Shown one piece after another: positions 21,627 through 30,080 of a stretch of 64,000 nucleotides of DNA. The DNA is taken from positions 46,064-110,063 of the forward strand of contig WGMW01000013.1 of assembly GCA_016124845.1 (NCBI GenBank), written 5' to 3'. Both the position numbers and the translations under genes were made by a program. The stretch's first letter is position 1; each line of letters begins with the position of its first letter. The notes under the pieces were generated by a model, which did no database searches, had not been told where the DNA came from, and saw nothing but the letters and a program-made list of their open reading frames with translations. The stretch comes from Flavobacteriales bacterium. GTDB lineage: Bacteria > Bacteroidota > Bacteroidia > UBA10329.

Positions 21627-22898
21627 ATGAACGTATTATTGATCGGGTCGGGAGGACGCGAGCACGCATTGGCATGGAAGCTCAGCCAAAGCAAGCGGAT
21701 CTCGAAACTTTACATTGCTCCAGGCAACGCAGGGACCAAGAACGTAGGCACCAACGTTGACATCGACCCGCTCAATTTCGAAGCGGTGCGCGATTTTGTG
21801 CGAGGCAACGGCATTCTGATGGTGGTTGTCGGTCCAGAAGCACCGTTGGTAAGCGGCATTGTGGATTATTTCCAGAACGAACCATCTCTCAAGTACATTC
21901 CTGTTATTGGCCCTACCAAGGCGGGTGCGATGCTCGAAGGCAGCAAGGATTTCTCCAAGGAATTCATGGTGCGACACGGTATTCCAACCGCGCGCTATGA
22001 TTCATTTACCTCAGATCGGTTGGAAGACGGTTTTCGCTTTCTGGAAACACTCAATGCACCGTATGTTCTCAAGGCCGATGGTTTGGCAGCGGGCAAAGGC
22101 GTGCTGATCTGTGATGAATTGGTCGAGGCACGGATTGAGCTGACCTCCATGTTGGTGGAGCACAAATTCGGCTCTGCATCAGACAAAGTGGTCATTGAGG
22201 AATTCCTGAAAGGCATTGAGCTGTCTGTTTTTGTGCTGACAGACGGAAAGAATTACAAGATTCTTCCATCTGCAAAGGATTACAAACGCATTGGCGAAGG
22301 AGATACAGGATTGAACACGGGCGGCATGGGCGCGGTTTCGCCCGTTCCATTTGCCGATCAGGAGTTCATGAACAAGGTCGAAGAACGGATTGTAAAACCC
22401 ACGGTGCAAGGATTGGCGAAAGACAACATCGACTATCGCGGTTTCATTTTCATCGGGTTGATGAATGTGGGAGGCGAGCCGTTTGTGATCGAGTACAACG
22501 TGAGAATGGGCGACCCAGAGACCGAAGTGGTCATTCCGCGCATCCAAACCGACCTTATCGATCTCTTTGAAGCAGTAGCAGACCAAAGCTTGGACCGTGT
22601 GCAGCTTCTGGTGGATCCGAGAACGGCCTGCACGGTCATGCTGGTTTCAGATGGATATCCTGGTTCGTACCAGAAAGGATTGAAGATCGGTGGCTTGGAA
22701 AAAGTGAAGGACAGCGTGGTCTTTCATGCAGGAACCAAGGACGAGAACGGAGATGTGCTGACCAATGGCGGTCGCGTGCTTGCAATTACATCCTACGGAG
22801 AAAATATGACAGAGGCGCTGGAGCAGTCTTACGCCAACGCGCATGTAGTAAAATACGAAGGGAAATATTTCCGCTCGGATATCGGATTCGACCTGTAA
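21627..22898 (+). CDS. purD: phosphoribosylamine--glycine ligase
   Basis: MNVLLIGSGGREHALAWKL N-terminus, ATP-grasp core, 423 aa. Confidence 0.92.
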   Translation: MNVLLIGSGGREHALAWKLSQSKRISKLYIAPGNAGTKNVGTNVDIDPLNFEAVRDFVRGNGILMVVVGPEAPLVSGIVDYFQNEPSLKYIPVIGPTKAGAMLEGSKDFSKEFMVRHGIPTARYDSFTSDRLEDGFRFLETLNAPYVLKADGLAAGKGVLICDELVEARIELTSMLVEHKFGSASDKVVIEEFLKGIELSVFVLTDGKNYKILPSAKDYKRIGEGDTGLNTGGMGAVSPVPFADQEFMNKVEERIVKPTVQGLAKDNIDYRGFIFIGLMNVGGEPFVIEYNVRMGDPETEVVIPRIQTDLIDLFEAVADQSLDRVQLLVDPRTACTVMLVSDGYPGSYQKGLKIGGLEKVKDSVVFHAGTKDENGDVLTNGGRVLAITSYGENMTEALEQSYANAHVVKYEGKYFRSDIGFDL

Positions 22899-22904
22899 GG
22901 CGAA

Positions 22905-23081
22905 TTAGCGGTTCGGAACCTCTTCGCTCTGGAAACCAACCAACTTTACGGTCCAGTAAACCAGCGCAAGGGCAAAAATGACGATGAGCAGGTAGTTGAA
23001 GTTGTTTCCACCAGCTTTCAGAATATCAAACGACCACAGAAACAGGTCGCGAATCGGATAAAGAATATCTTGCAGGTTCAT
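22905..23081 (-). CDS. small hypothetical membrane protein (58 aa, below ORF-track cutoff)
   Basis: Reverse-strand ORF MNLQDILYPIRDLFLWSFDILKAGGNNFNYLLIVIFALALVYWTVKLVGFQSEEVPNR. One TM helix. Fills the otherwise empty purD-downstream gap. Confidence 0.35.
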   Translation of the reverse strand: MNLQDILYPIRDLFLWSFDILKAGGNNFNYLLIVIFALALVYWTVKLVGFQSEEVPNR

Positions 23082-23141
23082 GCGTGCTGTATTGATGCGG
23101 CAAATATATCCAATATTTGAAACCGCGTAAGTAAACGGGAC

Positions 23142-24113
23142 ATGCTCACATCCATCCTTCGGTCAAATACCATTTTGGGCTTTTTGCTCGGATACCTGTT
23201 TTCGGCAGCGCTATTGGTTGTCCCATACATTCTCTTAGATCAAAATGCACTTACCAACGACCTGCTCTATTCGCATTGGGCTTTTGCTTGGCTGCATGAA
23301 AATGTTGCGTTCCTGCCTTGGCTCGGCCTGTTGCTGATCGCGCTTGCGGCCATTCTTTCGCGTTTGCGCACGCGCGAAACGAAACCCGTTCTTGGAGACA
23401 GGAACCTGCTCATGGTGTCGTTCGTCAGCATCATCATGGCGCAGCCGAAGATGGCACTTACACGGCCCGATGTGCTGGTTGCGCTCATTCTGATCCTCGG
23501 CCTGTTTCTTTTGCTGATGTATACCTACAAACAGGAATCGGTGCTTTCCGAAGTATTCCATGTCGGTCTGTTCTTGGGCGTAGCTTGCATTTTCGTAGGT
23601 CAATCTGTCTTGTCGTTGTTGGCGGTCGGTTTCGCGTTGGTCATTCTTCGAACGGGAAATTGGCGCGAATGGGCCGTGCTTTTCCTGGGCATTGCCATGG
23701 TGGCGGTATTCATTATGATGGTCACCATTTGGTACGAATCGCCTTTTCTGGCGTTTCAACGCGTGGTTCAATCCGCTTGGTTGGGCTCGCTTACGTTCGG
23801 CAAGGCCAATTCCGGACACATTGCGTTGCTGGTTGCTTCCATGGTTTCACTTTCTGGGCTCTTCGGAAGCCTGACCACAGGAACTGTTGCGGAACGCAAC
23901 GTCTCATTGACCAATGCAGGGTGGCTTTTTGCGGTTGTGTTGATGGTTTTGCTGCTCGGTCTCGGTTGGCAGAACGGAATCATCATGGCAGCGTTTCCGC
24001 TCAGTTCAATGATGGCCAGAACACTTGAAAGCATCACGCGTTGGTGGTTGGCCGACCTGCTGCTCCTGATAATCCTTTCGGCACCGATTCTCAGTAGCCT
24101 ATGGCCGCTTTGA
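23142..24113 (+). CDS. hypothetical polytopic integral membrane protein
   Basis: 323 aa, 8 or more hydrophobic helices, no recognisable catalytic motif. Confidence 0.55.
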   Translation: MLTSILRSNTILGFLLGYLFSAALLVVPYILLDQNALTNDLLYSHWAFAWLHENVAFLPWLGLLLIALAAILSRLRTRETKPVLGDRNLLMVSFVSIIMAQPKMALTRPDVLVALILILGLFLLLMYTYKQESVLSEVFHVGLFLGVACIFVGQSVLSLLAVGFALVILRTGNWREWAVLFLGIAMVAVFIMMVTIWYESPFLAFQRVVQSAWLGSLTFGKANSGHIALLVASMVSLSGLFGSLTTGTVAERNVSLTNAGWLFAVVLMVLLLGLGWQNGIIMAAFPLSSMMARTLESITRWWLADLLLLIILSAPILSSLWPL

Positions 24114-25062
24114 AGCGGTTCAGGACATTATGAGCAACAGGACGCGCTTTCGCGGCTCCTTCAGACAACAGTTTTTCAATGAGTTCGGGGTTTTGCATCA
24201 GCTCGTCAAAACGGACGCGCTCCTCTTTGAATTCTTCCAGAATGAGTTCGAAAAGCGCCTGTTTGGCATGGCCGTAGCCGTAACCACCCTTCAGGTAATT
24301 CTGGCGCATTTCCTCAATTTTTTCAGGCGTAGCCAAGAGCGAATACAACGCAAACGCATTGCATGTGTCAGGATTCTTGGGGTCTTCCAAAGGCGTGCTG
24401 TCGGTAACGATTCCCATCACCTGTTTGCGCAGTTGTTTTTCGGGCAGGAAAACATCGATGAAATTGTTGTACGACTTGCTCATTTTGCGGCCATCCGTGC
24501 CAGGAATTACCATTACGTCCTCGCTGATCTTGGCATCAGGAAGCACAAAAATGTCCTGCTTCAATTGGTGATTGACCGTTCCTGCCATGTCGCGCGTCAT
24601 TTCCAGATGCTGCTTTTGGTCTTTCCCTACGGGAACGATATTGGCATCGTACATCAGAATGTCGCACGCCATCAGCACAGGATAGATGAAAAGTCCCGCG
24701 TTCACATCCGAAAGATTCTCAGATTTATCCTTGAACGAATGCGCATTCGCCAACATCGGAAACGGTGTGAAGCAACTCAGATACCACGTCATCTCGGCCA
24801 CTTCAGGAATATCAGACTGGCGGTAGAAAACGACCTTGTCCGTGTCCAGACCGCAGGCCAACCAAGCGGCAGCCGTTGCCAGCACATTTGCTTTTCGGGT
24901 AGCTGCATCTTTGATGGTGGTGAGCGAGTGCATGTCGGCTATGAACAGATACGCCTCGTTCTTCGGGTCTTTCGAAAGTTCGATGGCAGGACGGATGGCA
25001 CCGAGAATGTTTCCCAAATGCTGCCGCCCCGAACTCTGAATTCCTGTAAGTATTCTTGCCAT
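24091..25062 (-). CDS. trpS: tryptophan--tRNA ligase
   Basis: MARILTGIQSSGRQHLGNILGAI (HIGH-class start) and KMSKS motif. Convergent 23-bp overlap with upstream membrane-protein gene. Confidence 0.9.
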   Translation of the reverse strand: MARILTGIQSSGRQHLGNILGAIRPAIELSKDPKNEAYLFIADMHSLTTIKDAATRKANVLATAAAWLACGLDTDKVVFYRQSDIPEVAEMTWYLSCFTPFPMLANAHSFKDKSENLSDVNAGLFIYPVLMACDILMYDANIVPVGKDQKQHLEMTRDMAGTVNHQLKQDIFVLPDAKISEDVMVIPGTDGRKMSKSYNNFIDVFLPEKQLRKQVMGIVTDSTPLEDPKNPDTCNAFALYSLLATPEKIEEMRQNYLKGGYGYGHAKQALFELILEEFKEERVRFDELMQNPELIEKLLSEGAAKARPVAHNVLNRFKAAIGY

Positions 25063-25191
25063 GTTCGGTCGTTTGAAGACAGTTGCCAAAAGTAGAAATA
25101 GGTGTAGAGTTATTAAGTTACTTGTTATTGGTTATTTGGTGGTTTGCTTTGAATAACCAATAACTCATTAACCGATAACTACATTTATCGC

Positions 25192-25941
25192 ATGTCCAAG
25201 ATCTTTTGGCCGTTCAAAATGCTGTGGAGAGGATGGTTCTTCGTGAGCTGCTTCCTCACGCTGATGCCGTTGTTTCCGTTCTTCTACTATTTCGTTCACA
25301 ACGAAAAGCACTTCAAAAAGGCCATGTTCCTGAAGCGTATCTGGGCACGCATGATCTGTTTCGTGACGGGTGTTTGGAGCACCGTGGAGGTGGAAGAACC
25401 GCTCGTAGATGGCCCGTACATCATCGTTCCCAACCATGTTTCGTTTGTGGATATCGTGCAATCGTACATCGCATTTCCCATCTATTTCCATTACATGGGA
25501 AAGGTACAATTGGGCAAATGGTGGTTCTTCAACATTTTCTTCCACAAGATGAATATCCTGATCGATCGCACGAACCTGCGGGCTTCTTACAACTCGTATC
25601 AGCGCGCGGCCGATGACCTTAAAAAAGGCATTTCCATTGGCGTTTATCCCGAATCGATCATTCCCGATAATCCTCCGAAGATGCTGCCCTTCAAGAACTC
25701 ACCGTTCAAGATCGCCATCGAAGCACAAGTTCCCGTTGTTCCCGTTACTTTTGTGGGCGGCTGGAAAATTCTGCCCGCCAAACCACACGTGTGGGAAGGC
25801 GGTAGACCTGGAGGAACGTTCATCAAAATTCACCGTCCGATTCCTACAAAAGGAATGACCGTGAAAGATGTGGACAGCCTGCGGGACAAGGCACAGGATG
25901 TGATCCGACAAGAACTGAAACGACATGGATATAACGGATAA
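25192..25941 (+). CDS. plsC: 1-acyl-sn-glycerol-3-phosphate acyltransferase (lysophospholipid acyltransferase)
   Basis: HX4D motif (VPNHVSFVDI), N-terminal TM, PlsC-like size. Confidence 0.8.
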   Translation: MSKIFWPFKMLWRGWFFVSCFLTLMPLFPFFYYFVHNEKHFKKAMFLKRIWARMICFVTGVWSTVEVEEPLVDGPYIIVPNHVSFVDIVQSYIAFPIYFHYMGKVQLGKWWFFNIFFHKMNILIDRTNLRASYNSYQRAADDLKKGISIGVYPESIIPDNPPKMLPFKNSPFKIAIEAQVPVVPVTFVGGWKILPAKPHVWEGGRPGGTFIKIHRPIPTKGMTVKDVDSLRDKAQDVIRQELKRHGYNG

Positions 25942-26227
25942 AACGGTTGATGAGCTGGCGCACTTGGCGCGATTGCAGTTTGAAGGCGAGGAAAAAGAGC
26001 GCATCAAGAAGGATCTGAACAAGATCCTCACCTTCATGGAAAAGCTGAATGAGCTTGATACCGATGGCGTGGAACCGCTCATTTACATGTCGGAAGAACT
26101 GAACGTGATGCGCAAGGACGAGAAGAAACAGACCATCACACAAAAGCAAGCACTCAAAAACGCTCCGAAAGCCGATTCAGATTACTTCAAGGTTCCGAAG
26201 GTTCTAAAGAATCCAGATGCTGAATAG
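25925..26227 (+). CDS. gatC: Asp-tRNA(Asn)/Glu-tRNA(Gln) amidotransferase subunit C
   Basis: 100 aa, MDITDKTVDELAHLARLQFEGEEKERIKKDLNKIL... typical GatC. Its last about 55 nt are repeated at 28398..28452. Confidence 0.85.
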   Translation: MDITDKTVDELAHLARLQFEGEEKERIKKDLNKILTFMEKLNELDTDGVEPLIYMSEELNVMRKDEKKQTITQKQALKNAPKADSDYFKVPKVLKNPDAE

Positions 26228-26346
26228 CTCGGATTCGCTTTCGTTCAGAGAAATAATGTTGAAAACGTTTCTTACAAACGGCTGAACGTTTGAAGAAACC
26301 ATCTATTTTTGATAACCATGTTTAAGGTTGCATAACTTGGTTATCC

Positions 26347-27612
26347 ATGAAAGAGTATTATAGCATTTCGGAAGTAGCCGACCTTCTGGGCAAGAGCAAG
26401 GAGACGCTGAGACGTTGGGACAACAACGGAAAGTTGACCGCAGTGCGCGAACCGATGAGCAACTATCGGGTTTACCACAAAGATCAGCTGCGCATTTTCG
26501 ATGAGTTGGCGTTTCTGTTCAATGAGGCTGAAACACAGGACGCGGTCAAAGCAAAACTTGATTATTCGGTTTTAGAATTGTTTGCAGGTGCCGGTGGGCT
26601 TGCCATCGGTCTGGAACAGTCAGGACTGAAATGTGTAGGACTCAACGAGATCGATCATTGGGCAGCTGAAACGCTGAGAAGGAACCGCCCGAACTGGAAC
26701 GTGATGGAAGGGGATGTCCGCAATATGGATTTCTCCGAATTTGAAGGAAAAGTTGATGTGGTCACAGGCGGATTTCCGTGTCAGGCGTTCAGCTACGCTG
26801 GGAAAAAGCTGGGGCTGAAAGACGCTCGCGGAACGCTCTTCTACGAATTTGCGCGCGTGGTACAGCAGACCAGGCCACTGATCTGCATGGGCGAAAATGT
26901 CCGTGGGCTTCTGAACCATGATGGTGGTAGAACGCTTGAAGGTCTGCGCTCCATTTTGGACGAGATCGGGTATCGGGTTCTGGAGCCGAAAATTCTCAAG
27001 GCAATTTTTTATAATGTTCCTCAAAAAAGAGAGCGTTTGATCTTGATCGGCATCAGAAAGGACGTTGATGTCGATTTCCTTTTTCCGAAACCATACAAAA
27101 AGATCTACACCGTAAAGGACGCCCTGAAGGCCGGAGAACTTTACGCCACCGATGTGCCGAAATCTGCTGGTTCCAAATACCCCGAACACAAGAAGAAGGT
27201 CTTAGATCTGGTTCCTCCAGGAGGTTATTGGCGCGACCTTCCAATTGACCTCCAAAAGGAGTATATGCAGAAGAGCTTTTATCTCGGAGGAGGTAAAACA
27301 GGGATGGCACGTAGGATAAGTTGGGATGAACCAAGCCTTACCCTAACATGCAGTCCAGCGCAGAAGCAAACGGAAAGATGCCATCCTGATGAAACCAGGC
27401 CATTTACCGTTAGAGAGTACGCGCGGATACAGACATTTCCGGATGATTGGAAATTTGCGGGCGCTGTTTCACAACAGTACAAACAGATCGGCAATGCCGT
27501 TCCGTGCAACCTTGCCAAAGAGCTCGGTTTTTCATTGGTCCGGTTTCTGAATAGTGCTTATTCTTCCAAGCTCATTGATGCCAGAACACAAAAGACCGTT
27601 GTAAGTGGATGA
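26347..27612 (+). CDS. DNA (cytosine-5)-methyltransferase with N-terminal HTH regulatory domain (type II R-M modification subunit)
   Basis: C5-MTase motifs I (FAGAGGLAIG), IV (GGFPCQAFS), VI (ENVRGL), X (QIGNAVP). First about 55 aa (MKEYYSISEVADLLGKSKETLRRWDNNGKL...) form a MerR/excisionase-like HTH, as in autoregulating M.SsoII/M.MspI-type enzymes. Confidence 0.9.
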   Translation: MKEYYSISEVADLLGKSKETLRRWDNNGKLTAVREPMSNYRVYHKDQLRIFDELAFLFNEAETQDAVKAKLDYSVLELFAGAGGLAIGLEQSGLKCVGLNEIDHWAAETLRRNRPNWNVMEGDVRNMDFSEFEGKVDVVTGGFPCQAFSYAGKKLGLKDARGTLFYEFARVVQQTRPLICMGENVRGLLNHDGGRTLEGLRSILDEIGYRVLEPKILKAIFYNVPQKRERLILIGIRKDVDVDFLFPKPYKKIYTVKDALKAGELYATDVPKSAGSKYPEHKKKVLDLVPPGGYWRDLPIDLQKEYMQKSFYLGGGKTGMARRISWDEPSLTLTCSPAQKQTERCHPDETRPFTVREYARIQTFPDDWKFAGAVSQQYKQIGNAVPCNLAKELGFSLVRFLNSAYSSKLIDARTQKTVVSG

Positions 27613-27647
27613 TGTGACATTGCTTACTTTCACCGTTCATAAACAGC

Positions 27648-28379
27648 TTGAACGGAATGGCAAAACTCAATTGGATCTCTGACGGGAATCTGAACGCAGC
27701 AGTTTCTCACCTGCTTGAAAAGGCGAAAGCTGCAAAATCAGCAGCTGAAAAGGAGTTTGGAAAGAATGTCATAGACCCGTTCTCAGCACTTTTCGAGATT
27801 GCCGCATTCGAATTGAATTATGACGATTGGAAGAAAAGTGAAACCGCGCGTCAGGCACAGAAAACGCTTCAGAATCACGTTGGGGAATTTCATCAACGAA
27901 TATTGGGAAGCGTTGACGGTTGGGAGAACTTGGAAGTTGGAAACGAGGTTGATCTTGCAAATCACAACCGGAAGATCATTGCCGAGATAAAGAACAAGTA
28001 CAATACCATGAAAGGCAGCGACAAGTCTGGTCTTTACCACACGCTCGATGACCTGACAATGAGGAAGTCAAGTAAATTCCGCGGCTATACTGCTTACTAC
28101 GTTACAATTATTCCAAACAGGAAGGCCAAGTTCAATAAGTTGTTTACGCCTTCTGATAAGAGTAAAGGAGCGAAGTGTCCTCCCAATGAATTGATCAGAG
28201 AAATTGATGGGGCAAGTTTTTATGATCTGGCAACTGGTGTCACCAACTCATTGAAAGAACTTTTCGAGGTGTTACCTTCTGTTGTGTCCGAAGTGAGTGA
28301 AGGAAAACTATCCGTTTCTAAAGAAGAGGTGCAACAGTTTTTTGCCGCTGCGTACGGAGTGCTGGAGAAACCAAGATGA
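27648..28379 (+). CDS. type II restriction endonuclease (PD-(D/E)XK fold), cognate to upstream MTase
   Basis: 243 aa directly downstream of MTase. GNEVDL...IIAEIKNK matches the D...(D/E)xK nuclease motif. Sizes (421/243 aa) are reminiscent of Eco47II/Sau96I-type systems, but specificity cannot be established. Confidence 0.65.
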   Translation: MNGMAKLNWISDGNLNAAVSHLLEKAKAAKSAAEKEFGKNVIDPFSALFEIAAFELNYDDWKKSETARQAQKTLQNHVGEFHQRILGSVDGWENLEVGNEVDLANHNRKIIAEIKNKYNTMKGSDKSGLYHTLDDLTMRKSSKFRGYTAYYVTIIPNRKAKFNKLFTPSDKSKGAKCPPNELIREIDGASFYDLATGVTNSLKELFEVLPSVVSEVSEGKLSVSKEEVQQFFAAAYGVLEKPR

Positions 28380-28397
28380 TGAGAAGGGCTCACCGGA

Positions 28398-28452
28398 CCG
28401 ATTCCGATTACTCAAAGCTCCACATGTTCTTAAGAATCCTGATGCTGAATAA
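28398..28452 (+). repeat. degenerate direct repeat of gatC 3' end (remnant KAPHVLKNPDAE* coding segment)
   Basis: Aligns to 26172..26227 with about 80% identity (one 1-nt indel). Immediately followed by the start of the next gene, as expected for the original gatC end. Confidence 0.8.
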
Positions 28453-28458
28453 CTATAT

Positions 28459-28869
28459 ATGACGATCACTATTTCAACCACGGTCGATGCGCCCATTGCC
28501 AAGGCGTGGGAAGTTTGGACCAAACCCGAATTTATTGTTCAATGGAATTTTGCAAGCGATGATTGGTGCTGCCCAAGCGCGGTGAATGACCTTCGACCAA
28601 ATGGAAAATTTTCGTGGAGAATGGAAGCCAAAGACGGAAGTTTTGGGTTTGATTATGGCGGAGATTATGTGGAGGTTCTCGAAAATGAACGCATCGAGAT
28701 GCTATTGGGAGACGGACGAAAGGTGGAGGTTCTGTTTGCACACCAGAACGGCCAGACAATTGTTACCGAGTCGTTTGAGACAGAAGATGTGAACTCGGCC
28801 GAAATGCAAAAACAAGGCTGGTCTGCCATTCTTGGTAATTACAAGAAGTGCGTTGAGGCAAACGCCTGA
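28459..28869 (+). CDS. SRPBCC / AHSA1 (Aha1-like) domain protein
   Basis: 136 aa, ...AKAWEVWTKPEFIVQWNFA... pattern typical of activator-of-Hsp90-ATPase-homolog-like SRPBCC proteins. Confidence 0.65.
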   Translation: MTITISTTVDAPIAKAWEVWTKPEFIVQWNFASDDWCCPSAVNDLRPNGKFSWRMEAKDGSFGFDYGGDYVEVLENERIEMLLGDGRKVEVLFAHQNGQTIVTESFETEDVNSAEMQKQGWSAILGNYKKCVEANA

Positions 28870-28884
28870 CCACGTTCTGAAGCA

Positions 28885-28927
28885 ACAAAAAAGGCCGCTT
28901 CCAACATCTGGAAGCGGCCTTTTCAAT
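28885..28927. terminator. bidirectional rho-independent terminator
   Basis: AAAAAGGCCGCTTCC-aacatct-GGAAGCGGCCTTTT: 12-bp GC-rich stem flanked by A-run and T-run, between convergent genes. Confidence 0.8.
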
Positions 28928-28942
28928 TTCGTAAATCGCTAA

Positions 28943-29353
28943 TCAACAGAACTCATCAAAAGCGGCTGTCAAATTCTCCGCGATCATTTCCGCTGGGCGA
29001 CCTTCAATGTGGTGGCGCTCAATGAAATGAACCAAGTTCCCGTCTTTGAAAAGCGCAATACTCGGACTGCTTGGTGGATAAGGCGCCATGTACTGACGTG
29101 CCTGCGCCACCGCATCTTTATCGAAACCCGCAAAAACCGTAGTTACTCGGTCTGGCGTTTTGCTGTGCTTTACGGCCATTTTCATGGCTGGGCGGGCATT
29201 GCCTGCGGCACAACCACAGACCGAATTGATAAAAACCAACGTGGTTCCATCAGCCTTGATGGCGTTATCAACGTCTTCGGGTGTAAGCAGTTCCTCAACA
29301 CCTGCTGAGGTAATGTCCTGCTTCATCGGTATAACTATTTCTGGAGGATACAT
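28943..29353 (-). CDS. bacilliredoxin (BrxA/BrxB, YphP/YqiW family, DUF1094)
   Basis: Conserved ...GTTLVFINSVCGCAAGNARPA... with the family-defining CGC motif. Confidence 0.8.
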   Translation of the reverse strand: MYPPEIVIPMKQDITSAGVEELLTPEDVDNAIKADGTTLVFINSVCGCAAGNARPAMKMAVKHSKTPDRVTTVFAGFDKDAVAQARQYMAPYPPSSPSIALFKDGNLVHFIERHHIEGRPAEMIAENLTAAFDEFC

Positions 29354-29448
29354 ATCACAAATTTTTAGGTTCAGAAATCAAATTTCGGTGTCCAAAGTTA
29401 CCGTTTATCTAAACCCATTCTAAATAACTTTGTTCTGCTCAAAAGCGA

Positions 29449-30039
29449 ATGCGTATGCGCTACAATCTCAGCGAAATCAAAGCCGTTATCGAGGACAGGC
29501 GGACCATCCATCCAGAAAATTACTCCACCCGTGTGGTGCAAAAGGAAATAATCAAGGAATTGCTCGATGCCGCTAAGTGGGCACCCACGCATCGGTACAC
29601 GCAACCGTGGTTCTTCAAAGTATTTGTTGGAGATGGGTTGAAAAAACTCTCCGAATTCCAGTCTGAACTTTACAAAGAGGTGAAAGGTGATGCGTTTGAG
29701 GAAGAGAAATATCAAAAGTTGAAAGCACGCCCGCTGATGGCAACAGCCATTATCGGTATCGGAATGAAGCGGGATGAAGCAGAACGCGATCCCGTTGAGG
29801 AAGAAATTGCTTCCGTTGCGATGGCTGTTCAGAACATGAAACTGTTGGCAGCCGCACACGGGATTGGAGCATTTTGGGCTTCTGGCGGGGTAACTTATTT
29901 GCCGCAGACCAAAGAATGGATCGGGTTGGGAGAAAAAGACAAATTCCTCGGATTCCTTTATCTTGGTTACCCGAAAGATGGTTGGCCGCGAAAGACGCGC
30001 AGAAAGCCACAGGAATATTACACAGAATGGGTTGAATAA
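29449..30039 (+). CDS. NAD(P)H nitroreductase family protein
   Basis: 196 aa. RRTIHPENYS...ELLDAAKWAPTHRYTQPW... typical nitroreductase fold signature. Confidence 0.8.
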   Translation: MRMRYNLSEIKAVIEDRRTIHPENYSTRVVQKEIIKELLDAAKWAPTHRYTQPWFFKVFVGDGLKKLSEFQSELYKEVKGDAFEEEKYQKLKARPLMATAIIGIGMKRDEAERDPVEEEIASVAMAVQNMKLLAAAHGIGAFWASGGVTYLPQTKEWIGLGEKDKFLGFLYLGYPKDGWPRKTRRKPQEYYTEWVE

Positions 30040-30075
30040 CCCCTCTGCCTTCGGCATTCTCCCCCAAGGGGAGAA
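30040..30075. repeat. REP-like palindromic element (copy 1)
   Basis: CCCCTCTGCCTTCGGCATTCTCCCCCAAGGGGAGAA: two hairpins (GCC-TTCG-GC; TCTCCCC/GGGGAGA). Near-identical copy at 38004..38039. Degenerate copy at 7513..7549. Confidence 0.6.
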
Positions 30076-30080
30076 CGTTT

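Noticed and set aside
24130-25095. 321-aa plus-strand ORF
   Set aside because: Antisense shadow of trpS.
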